A DNA stretch of 64,000 nucleotides from Deinococcales bacterium. Lineage in GTDB: Bacteria; Deinococcota; Deinococci; Deinococcales; JAAFIG01. Numbering within the stretch: position 1 is the first letter of the stretch; every line of letters starts with the position of its first letter. The position numbers and the translations under genes are program-made. The notes below the pieces were generated by a model, which was given only the letters and a program-made list of their open reading frames with translations, made no database searches and was not told the DNA's origin. The stretch is taken from NCBI GenBank assembly GCA_031414595.1, contig JANNVX010000033.1, positions 1-64,000 of the forward strand, written 5' to 3'. Positions 9,939-17,426 of the stretch are shown one piece after another.

Positions 9939-10958
9939 ATGAAGTATAAATTTGGCTTTTTGGCTGCGGTTTCCTCATGTGCGTTGCTGGTTGGTTTAGC
10001 TAACGTTTCGAGCGCCCAAACGAACTTAACGACTGTTCGCTTGGGTTTAGGTTACATTCCCGATGTGCAATTTGCGCCGTTTTATGCGGCTCAAGAAGCT
10101 GGCTATTACAAAGCCAAGGGCTTGAACGTGACTTTTCAACATGGCTTTACTTCCGAACTCTATCCGCTTCTGGCTTCTGGCAAGCTCGATTTTGTGGTTG
10201 GTGATGCTGAGGATGTAATTTTATTGCGAACCAAAGACCCCAAAGCCACACCGTTTAAGTACCTGATGGCGCTCTACCAAGTCACACCCAATGCACTGTT
10301 TAGTAAGCGCGAAAAGAACATCACCAAATTAGCTGACTTAAAGGGTAAATCAATTGGTATTCCCGGTAAATTTGGTAGCTCATGGACAAGCCTGCAAGCA
10401 CTTTTAGCCGGAGCAAACCTCAAAGAAACCGATGTCAAAATTGTTGAAGTCGGCTTCACCCAACTCGAGGCGCTAACCGCTAACCGCGTAGATGCGGTCA
10501 TGGGCTTTGTCAATAACGAAGCCGTGATTGCCGAAGCAAGGGGTTTGAAACTGAACATTTTCTCGGCAGCCGTGGTCAATAAAAGCCCAAGTAACGGTGT
10601 AATTGCTGTAGACGACACCCTAAAAAACGAAGCCTTGGTCAAAGGTTTTCTCGAGGCTTCACAGCGCGGGGTTAAATTAACCATTGATAACACCAAGCAA
10701 GCCTTTGACTACGCCAAGAAATTTGTACCGAACATGAGCGGAGACCGCCTTAAAATTCTCGAGAAAAGCGTTAAGCTCTACCAAAGTAATTTTAGCAAAG
10801 CCGATTCGCAAGGCATTGGTTTTTCTAACCCCAACAACTGGGAATACGCCTTGGCGCTCTTAAAAAGCCTAGGGCGAATTGACAAAGATGCCAAACTCAA
10901 ACGCAGCGAGTTTTACACCAATAAGTACCTGACTTCTGGAATCCAAGCAGCTAAGTAA
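9939..10958 (+). CDS. ribY: NMT1/THI5-family ABC substrate-binding protein, probable riboflavin-binding RibY
   Basis: Signal peptide, LGYIPDVQFAPFY motif, directly downstream of FMN riboswitch. Confidence 0.8.
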   Translation: MKYKFGFLAAVSSCALLVGLANVSSAQTNLTTVRLGLGYIPDVQFAPFYAAQEAGYYKAKGLNVTFQHGFTSELYPLLASGKLDFVVGDAEDVILLRTKDPKATPFKYLMALYQVTPNALFSKREKNITKLADLKGKSIGIPGKFGSSWTSLQALLAGANLKETDVKIVEVGFTQLEALTANRVDAVMGFVNNEAVIAEARGLKLNIFSAAVVNKSPSNGVIAVDDTLKNEALVKGFLEASQRGVKLTIDNTKQAFDYAKKFVPNMSGDRLKILEKSVKLYQSNFSKADSQGIGFSNPNNWEYALALLKSLGRIDKDAKLKRSEFYTNKYLTSGIQAAK

Positions 10959-10969
10959 AGACCGAGAAA

Positions 10970-11002
10970 AGAGGAAGGAGGAAGTTTATTTCTCCTTCCT
11001 CT
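10970..11002. terminator. Hairpin between convergent ribY and greA
   Basis: AGAGGAAGGAG-loop-CTCCTTCCTCT. Confidence 0.7.
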
Positions 11003-11477
11003 AGGCTTTTATCTCGAGGACTTTGTATTTCAGTTGCCCTTTTGCACCTTCGACCATAAAGACTTCGTTTTTCTTGCGTCCAAAGAGTTTCTGCCCTAAT
11101 GGGCTATCATCCGAAACTTTGCGGATTGAACCGCCGGGGACACTGGCTTCTGCGCCAGAAACCAGTTGAACTTCGAGTTCTTTGCCACTTTTTTCTTCTT
11201 TGAGTTTAATGATTGTGCCAAAACCAATCGCTTTGCCACCCTCTGCGCCCTCGAGAACCACGGCTCTGGTGAGGGTGTCCTCGAGTTCGTCTATGCGGGT
11301 TTCGATGTTCATTTTTTCGCGTTTGGCTTCTTCTAAGCCCGAGCCGTCGTAATCGTCCGAATCTTCCATCTGTTCTTGTAAAATCGCAGTGGCTTCGATG
11401 AGGCGTTGACGCTCGAGGTCGAGTTGTTTTTGCAGGCGTTCAAAGCCTTCTTTGGTTAATTTAATTTCGCGTGACAT
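11001..11477 (-). CDS. greA: GreA/GreB family transcription elongation factor
   Basis: IKLTKEGFERL N-terminus, coiled coil, VSDDSPLGQKL. Confidence 0.8.
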   Translation of the reverse strand: MSREIKLTKEGFERLQKQLDLERQRLIEATAILQEQMEDSDDYDGSGLEEAKREKMNIETRIDELEDTLTRAVVLEGAEGGKAIGFGTIIKLKEEKSGKELEVQLVSGAEASVPGGSIRKVSDDSPLGQKLFGRKKNEVFMVEGAKGQLKYKVLEIKA

Positions 11478-11506
11478 TGGTCTCCTAAATTTAGTAGTTC
11501 ATCCTC

Positions 11507-11535
11507 TTGTCAGATGATGTTTATTTGTGTACACT
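11507..11535 (+). promoter_or_regulatory. Sigma70-type promoter of rplS
   Basis: TTGTCA-17 nt-TACACT. Confidence 0.6.
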
Positions 11536-11650
11536 CTTTCGGCTGCCTCGACATTTATTGTCGTAAGGTAAAGCTGTAGTGAACGCGCCGTGATTATAGC
11601 ACCTTCAAATGGTCAATCGCTGTGCGCTCCGCCTACGCATAAGGGGTATT

Positions 11651-12043
11651 ATGAAGATCAACCGTGGAGCAATCCTCAAAAGCGTCGAACAAGCACATTT
11701 GCGTTCTGACATTCCCGATTTCCAACCCGGAGATACCATTCGTGTGGATTACAAAGTCACCGAAGGGACTCGGACTCGCGTTCAAGGTTTTGAAGGTGTT
11801 TGCATTGCGATTAACGGCAAAAGCACAGGCAAGAGCTTCACTGTTCGTAAAGTTGCTTTCAACGAAGGTGTAGAACGTATTTTTCCGTTTAACACCCCGT
11901 TAATTGATAAAATTAGTGTGATTGAACGCGGCAAGGTTCGCCGCGCTAAGTTGTACTACTTGCGTAAATTGCGCGGTAAAGCCAGCAAGATTAAAGCTGA
12001 CCGTGGTCGGATGCAAAAAGCCAGCGACGCAGCCAAGGCATAA
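11651..12043 (+). CDS. rplS: 50S ribosomal protein L19
   Basis: [46 protein letters not shown]. Confidence 0.97.
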   Translation: MKINRGAILKSVEQAHLRSDIPDFQPGDTIRVDYKVTEGTRTRVQGFEGVCIAINGKSTGKSFTVRKVAFNEGVERIFPFNTPLIDKISVIERGKVRRAKLYYLRKLRGKASKIKADRGRMQKASDAAKA

Positions 12044-12055
12044 TTTTTTTAGGGC

Positions 12056-12084
12056 GAAGGGACTTGTTTGTAGCAAGTCCCTTC
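12056..12084 (+). terminator. Terminator hairpin after rplS
   Basis: GAAGGGACTTG-loop-CAAGTCCCTTC followed by T-rich tract. Confidence 0.7.
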
Positions 12085-12093
12085 ATTTATTCT

Positions 12094-12510
12094 ATGGACA
12101 TCAAACAGCTTTTAGAACAGCAACTCGAGCGTGAACATCAACGCCATGCAAGCCCAACTCGAGCCAGCGAAGGGCTGTACGCGCTTTGTATGGACAATCA
12201 GTTCGCACCTAAAATGGTATTGCGTGAACTCGAGACGATCAGTATTTACCCAGAAACGATTGCGGCAACCCAAAGACTTTTTTTGGAAAACGAAAATCTT
12301 GAAGTCCTGACCAGAGAACGCTTACTAGCAAGGCGCAGTTTCCCTCGAGCCGATGCGCTCAGCCTTGCTCGAGCTTTGGATACCGAGGGCTTACGGCGCG
12401 TAACAGGCAAGGATTTACAACTTGGACTGCGGGCAGCTTCGGTCTTAGAAGCCAAACCGATGATTGAAGCCTGGAATGCTTTATCGGTCTATGAGCAGAC
12501 TCGAGGCTAA
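12094..12510 (+). CDS. Hypothetical protein
   Basis: 138-aa ORF from ATG filling the intergenic gap, composition like neighbours. Confidence 0.65.
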   Translation: MDIKQLLEQQLEREHQRHASPTRASEGLYALCMDNQFAPKMVLRELETISIYPETIAATQRLFLENENLEVLTRERLLARRSFPRADALSLARALDTEGLRRVTGKDLQLGLRAASVLEAKPMIEAWNALSVYEQTRG

Positions 12511-12514
12511 GTTT

Positions 12515-12931
12515 TTAAGAACTTGGGTCAGACATGGTGATGATTGTGCCTAAAGCAGTGGCACAACATTTCTCTGTGTCTGCAATAATTGCAAAGACAT
12601 CACAGCGCACCACAGCTTGACGCTTGCCCGAGTACAATACTGTAGCTCGAGCTTGTAGATATTCGCCTTTGGCAGGGCGCAAATAATTAATTTTGTATTC
12701 ACTGGTAAGGACACTTGCACCAAGCACACTGCCACCTGCAAAAGTCAAGGCGTTATCTACCAAATAAGAAATAACGCCGCCGTGTGCAAAGCCATTTTGT
12801 TGCGACATATCGGCTCGCAACACTAACTCGAGGGTGATGCCTTGTGCCGAAATGCTGTGAATGGTTGTGCCAAGTAAACGGCTAAATGGTTGAGCATCAA
12901 GCACCGTTTGGGCAAGGGTAAGCATATCCAT
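12515..12931 (-). CDS. PaaI-family thioesterase
   Basis: QQNGFAHGG, EYKINYLRPA hotdog motifs. Confidence 0.88.
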   Translation of the reverse strand: MDMLTLAQTVLDAQPFSRLLGTTIHSISAQGITLELVLRADMSQQNGFAHGGVISYLVDNALTFAGGSVLGASVLTSEYKINYLRPAKGEYLQARATVLYSGKRQAVVRCDVFAIIADTEKCCATALGTIITMSDPSS

Positions 12932-12959
12932 AAACTCAGATTACAGCTTAAAGTTATTG

Positions 12960-12988
12960 TAGACAAGAAAAACAAATTTTGTTAGACT
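12960..12988 (+). promoter_or_regulatory. Putative promoter of acyl-CoA dehydrogenase
   Basis: TAGACA-17 nt-TAGACT, with near-palindrome AACAAATTTTGTT in the spacer. Confidence 0.5.
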
Positions 12989-13061
12989 AAGTACAAGAAT
13001 TTTAGTTTTCCCTCGAGTTTCACGGCTTTTGCGTCATGCTGCTCGAGTACAGGAGGTACTT

Positions 13062-14843
13062 ATGATTGCTGAACGCCCCGAAGCCATAAAAACAGTCAAA
13101 CCCGGTGGTACGTTTTTACTTGAAGCCGCCACACCATCTGATGTTTACACCCCCGAAGATTTCACCCCAGACATGCGCGAGATGTTTCGTGCCGTTGAAG
13201 AATTTGTCAAGGCTCGAGTTGTGGCAAACCAAGAAAGTTTGGAGCATCACAACAACGAACTCCTCAAAAAAATACTGCATGAGTGCGGCGAACAAGGTTT
13301 TTTCTTGGTCGAAGTCCCAGAAGAATTTGGTGGCTTAGACTTAAGTAAAGCAATGGCTTGTTATGTAGGCGAAGCGCTCTCGAGGGGCGGCGGGTTTGCG
13401 GTTTCGTTTGGCGCTCATGCCAGCATTGGGATGCTGCCTTTGGTTTATTTTGGTAGCCAAGAAACCAAAGAAAAATACTTGCCAGACATGGCAAATGGCA
13501 AGTTGATTGGGGCGTACTGCTTGTCTGAACCCGGTAGCGGCTCAGATGCCCAAGCTGCCAAAGCCAAAGCGGTGCTGTCCGAAGATGGCAGCCATTATGT
13601 GCTGAATGGTACAAAAATGTGGATTTCCAACGGTGGTATCGCCGATATGTTCACAGTGTTTGCCCATGTGCCAACGCCCGATGGCAATAAATTTAGTGCT
13701 TTCTTGGTCGAACGGGCTTTTGAAGGTGTAAGCATAGGCAAAGAAGAAGAAAAACTTGGTATCAGGTTGTCCAGCACCACCCAACTGATTCTCGAGGATG
13801 TCAAAGTTCCCGTGGCGAATTTACTTGGTGAGGTTGGTTGGGGCGCAAAAATTGCCTTTAATATCCTCAACATCGGGCGCTACAAACTTGGTTCGGGCGG
13901 GGCGGGTGGCAGTAAAGTGATTCTTGAACACAGTGCCAAGTACGCCAAAGAACGCCATAGTTTTGGTAAGCCGATTGCCAGTTACGGCGCTATTCTCGAG
14001 AAATTAGGGCAGATGGCAACCAGTATTTTTGCCGCCGAAACCATTACCTACCGCGTAACAGGGGCAATTGATGCGGCGGTGGAAAAAGGCATGGATAAGT
14101 TAAAAGCCATCGAAACCCACCGTGTCGAAGCCAGTATGGTTAAGGTTTTTGCCACCGAGGTACTGTCCATGTGTGCCGATGAGGGCTTGCAAGTCTTTGG
14201 TGGTTTTGGTTACTCCGAAGAATATCCAATGGCAAGGGCGTACCGTGATTCCCGTATCAACCGTATTTTTGAAGGCACAAACGAAATTAACCGAATGCTG
14301 ATTCCGGGCGAACTCTTAAAAATGGCGCTCAAGGGCGAATTGCCACTGCTCAAAGCGGCACAAAAACTCCAAGCTGAACTGCTCGAGCCTAGTTTTGAGA
14401 TGGACGAATCGGATGCCCCGTTAGCTGTTGAGACCAAAGTCGTGGCAAACCTCAAAAAAGCAGCCTTGGCTGTGGCGGGAAGTGCGGCGCAGAAATTTGG
14501 TCCTAAGCTCGGCGAAGAGCAAGAAACGATGATGCGAACTGCTGATATGATTATCCAAGCCTATGTTGCCGAAAGTGCTGTGGTGCGGGCGCAAAAAATT
14601 ATCTCAAGCGGCAAAAATGCCAGTCTTGCAACCGCAATGGCACAAATTCTGGTGGCGCAAGCCGCCGATAAAATCATGAGCGCTGGACGTGAAGCGATCT
14701 CGAGTTTTTTGGAGGGCGATGATTTCCGCATGACTTTGGCAGCCTTAAAACGCTTTACCAAAACAGATTCAGTCAACATCATTAAGTTGCGTCGTGAAGT
14801 AGCCGCCGCCGTTCTCGAGGCAGACGGCTATCCGTTAAAATAA
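13062..14843 (+). CDS. Acyl-CoA dehydrogenase, long (FadE/VLCAD-like) form
   Basis: CLSEPGSGSDA, NGTKMWISNG, QVFGGFGY, RIFEGTNEINR; SD AGGAGG. Confidence 0.93.
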   Translation: MIAERPEAIKTVKPGGTFLLEAATPSDVYTPEDFTPDMREMFRAVEEFVKARVVANQESLEHHNNELLKKILHECGEQGFFLVEVPEEFGGLDLSKAMACYVGEALSRGGGFAVSFGAHASIGMLPLVYFGSQETKEKYLPDMANGKLIGAYCLSEPGSGSDAQAAKAKAVLSEDGSHYVLNGTKMWISNGGIADMFTVFAHVPTPDGNKFSAFLVERAFEGVSIGKEEEKLGIRLSSTTQLILEDVKVPVANLLGEVGWGAKIAFNILNIGRYKLGSGGAGGSKVILEHSAKYAKERHSFGKPIASYGAILEKLGQMATSIFAAETITYRVTGAIDAAVEKGMDKLKAIETHRVEASMVKVFATEVLSMCADEGLQVFGGFGYSEEYPMARAYRDSRINRIFEGTNEINRMLIPGELLKMALKGELPLLKAAQKLQAELLEPSFEMDESDAPLAVETKVVANLKKAALAVAGSAAQKFGPKLGEEQETMMRTADMIIQAYVAESAVVRAQKIISSGKNASLATAMAQILVAQAADKIMSAGREAISSFLEGDDFRMTLAALKRFTKTDSVNIIKLRREVAAAVLEADGYPLK

Positions 14844-14876
14844 TGACCACAGGCTAAACCCGTTAGAATATGCTTT

Positions 14877-16037
14877 ATGCAAAGTTTTGATGCAATTGTT
14901 ATCGGGGCTGGGGCGGCGGGCAGCAGCAGTGCCTTAGCCCTAGCCAAAGGCGGTAAAAAAGTCTTGCTGCTCGAGCAGTTCAGTGTGCCGCACGAACGTG
15001 GTTCTTCGCATGGGCATTCGAGAATTTTTCGTTTTGCCTACGACGACCCAGATTATGCGCGTTTAGCGATGCGTTCCTTGGCAGCATGGCGTGAACTCGA
15101 GGCAGACACAGGGCAACGGATACTGGATTTATTTGGCGGTTTGGATGTGGGAAACAGTGGTAACGCCAGTTTAGAACGAACTGCCCAAGCCATGATCGAG
15201 GTCGGCGCAGCCTTTGAACGTCTCGACTCGAGTACCTTAAAAGAGCGTTTCCCACAGTGGCGTGTGCCGAATGATTGGGTTGGTTTGCACAGCCCAGACG
15301 CTGGGATTGTGATGCCGTCGCGGGGGGTGGAATTGATGGTGGCGCAAGCTCGAGTCTTGGGTGTGACCCTGCTTGAACACTGCAAAGTTTTGCAAATTGA
15401 TGTGACGCAGAACATGGTCAAAACCAATCAAGGGGTTTTTGTGGCGGAACAAATTGTGATTGCCGCAGGTGCATGGTTGCCAAAACTTGTACCAGCCTTA
15501 GCCCTGAAACTCGAGGTGACTTTAGAGAGCGTGATGTATTTTGCGCCAAAAGACTTGGGCTTATTTATGCCTCAACACTTCCCAATTTTTATTGACCACA
15601 ACAGTTTGGTCTATGGTTTTCCGGTGCAGGGTTTACCGGGGGTCAAACTTGGGTATCATCAAAGTGGAGATGTCACCAATCCCGAAACTCGAGAATTTAC
15701 AGTGCCACAAACCACGATTACGCAAGCCCACAACTGGCTAGAGACACATCTGCCTAAGCAAAATTGGGCGTTGATTCAAGCCCGAACCTGTTTATACACC
15801 AACACCCCAAGTCATGATTTTATACTTGACAATCACCCAGACTCGAGCCAAATCATGCTGGTTAGCCCGTGTTCGGGGCATGGCTTTAAGTTTGCGGCAT
15901 ACATTGGGCAAATCGTCGCCGATAAATTAAACGGTATTCAAAACGAATTTGATTTACCGCGTTTTAAGCTAACCAAGGCGCTGCAAAAAGGTACGGCTAA
16001 ATTGTTATCTCGAGAAACTCTGCAAGGGCATATGTGA
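14877..16037 (+). CDS. solA: N-methyl-L-tryptophan oxidase / monomeric sarcosine oxidase
   Basis: GAGAAG, GSSHGHSRIFR, CLYTNTP, CSGHGFKF. Confidence 0.85.
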   Translation: MQSFDAIVIGAGAAGSSSALALAKGGKKVLLLEQFSVPHERGSSHGHSRIFRFAYDDPDYARLAMRSLAAWRELEADTGQRILDLFGGLDVGNSGNASLERTAQAMIEVGAAFERLDSSTLKERFPQWRVPNDWVGLHSPDAGIVMPSRGVELMVAQARVLGVTLLEHCKVLQIDVTQNMVKTNQGVFVAEQIVIAAGAWLPKLVPALALKLEVTLESVMYFAPKDLGLFMPQHFPIFIDHNSLVYGFPVQGLPGVKLGYHQSGDVTNPETREFTVPQTTITQAHNWLETHLPKQNWALIQARTCLYTNTPSHDFILDNHPDSSQIMLVSPCSGHGFKFAAYIGQIVADKLNGIQNEFDLPRFKLTKALQKGTAKLLSRETLQGHM

Positions 16038-16816
16038 AAGCCCGCTCAAGTCTATTTACGATTTTTGGAGAATTTGTCCATCCCAGAGGCGATTTGGTTT
16101 GGGTTGGCACAATTATTACTTGGATGGAGGCACTTGGTTTCTCCGAAGGTGCAGTTCGTGCGGCGGTTTCGCGTAGCTGCCGCACAGGTTGGCTAGAAGT
16201 TCAAAAACGTGGACGTAAATCATACTTTGCCCTAACCCCAGAAGTTCGCTGGCGGGTTCATCGGGCGGTTGGGCGCTTATACCAACCGCTCGACCGAATT
16301 TGGGATGGTCAGTGGCGGGTGCTGACCTACTCGATTCCAGAAACCGCCAAAGAAGCCCGTGATAACTTACGCAAAGAACTTTTAATTCTTGGTTTTGGGG
16401 CATTACAACCCGGCGTTTGGATTAGCCCGAATCCGCTTGTCCAAGAAGCCCTTGCCCTTGCTAAAGCGTATCATCTCGAGCAGTATGTGGATGTTTTTGA
16501 AGCAAAACATTTTGGACGCAGCAACGCTGAACTTGTCAAAGCCACATGGGATGTCCCAAGCCTCAACCAACAATTTGAGGGGTTCTTAGAACAGTTTAAG
16601 TCAAAAGCCGCCCCAGAAAACCCTAGGGCGGCTTTTGGGATGTATGTGACGATGCTCCATGCCTACCGCAAATTCTTATTCTCAGACCCAGATTTACCAC
16701 TCGAGTTACAACCTCATGTTTGGCGCTCTCGAGAAGCAGCCCTGCTGTTTCGGGAACAACGCACTGCCTTTGAACCAATGGTCACTGAATTTGTACACGA
16801 AACCTTTGTGCATTAG
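16034..16816 (+). CDS. paaX: PaaX-family transcriptional repressor
   Basis: RSSLFTIFGE, AVRAAVSR, WDGQW, YRKFLFSDPDLP. Confidence 0.88.
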   Translation: MKARSSLFTIFGEFVHPRGDLVWVGTIITWMEALGFSEGAVRAAVSRSCRTGWLEVQKRGRKSYFALTPEVRWRVHRAVGRLYQPLDRIWDGQWRVLTYSIPETAKEARDNLRKELLILGFGALQPGVWISPNPLVQEALALAKAYHLEQYVDVFEAKHFGRSNAELVKATWDVPSLNQQFEGFLEQFKSKAAPENPRAAFGMYVTMLHAYRKFLFSDPDLPLELQPHVWRSREAALLFREQRTAFEPMVTEFVHETFVH

Positions 16817-16925
16817 ATTGGCTCTTGCCTTACAATTATGGTAAACTGATGATTCCTCGCACAACGCATCCAAAAGTTCTAAGCATTGTGGCAGCAGGAG
16901 CGGAAAATGTCCGTTTGGAGAGTTT

Positions 16926-17141
16926 ATGGCACAAGAAACAGGTACAGTCAAATGGTTCAACGCTGAAAAGGGCTTTGGTTTTATTGCTCGAGAAGGCGGA
17001 GCAGACGTGTTCGTGCATTACAGCGCGATTAGTCAAGCTGGTTTCCGCAAACTGCTTGAAGGACAAAAAGTCAACTTTGATGTTGAAAATGGTAAAACGG
17101 GCAAAGGTCCGCAAGCCATTAACGTCAGTGTCGCACAATAA
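16926..17141 (+). CDS. cspA: Cold-shock protein
   Basis: [24 protein letters not shown]. Confidence 0.95.
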   Translation: MAQETGTVKWFNAEKGFGFIAREGGADVFVHYSAISQAGFRKLLEGQKVNFDVENGKTGKGPQAINVSVAQ

Positions 17142-17189
17142 GTCTGAATAGAGATAGCTCGAGTCAAGCGGCTCGAGTTATTCTTTGTT

Positions 17190-17426
17190 ATGGACTGGAC
17201 AACCAAAGAAGGCGAATTTAGCATTTGGTGCGAACTAGAAACCCCAGATACTTTGCTTTGGCTCGAGTGGAACGAACGGGTTTTTGCTTACCGTTGTGGC
17301 GTTTCTAAAAATGGAGCAGCCGGACAATCGCACTTAGGCTACGCCGATTCGCTCGAAGATGCCCAGAGTATTGCTTTTGAATTACATCTGCAAAGCCCAC
17401 AAGCGCACCCGAGCCGCGACCCGTAA
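17190..17426 (+). CDS. Hypothetical protein
   Basis: 78-aa ATG ORF; 3' end overlaps recQ end. Confidence 0.5.
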   Translation: MDWTTKEGEFSIWCELETPDTLLWLEWNERVFAYRCGVSKNGAAGQSHLGYADSLEDAQSIAFELHLQSPQAHPSRDP

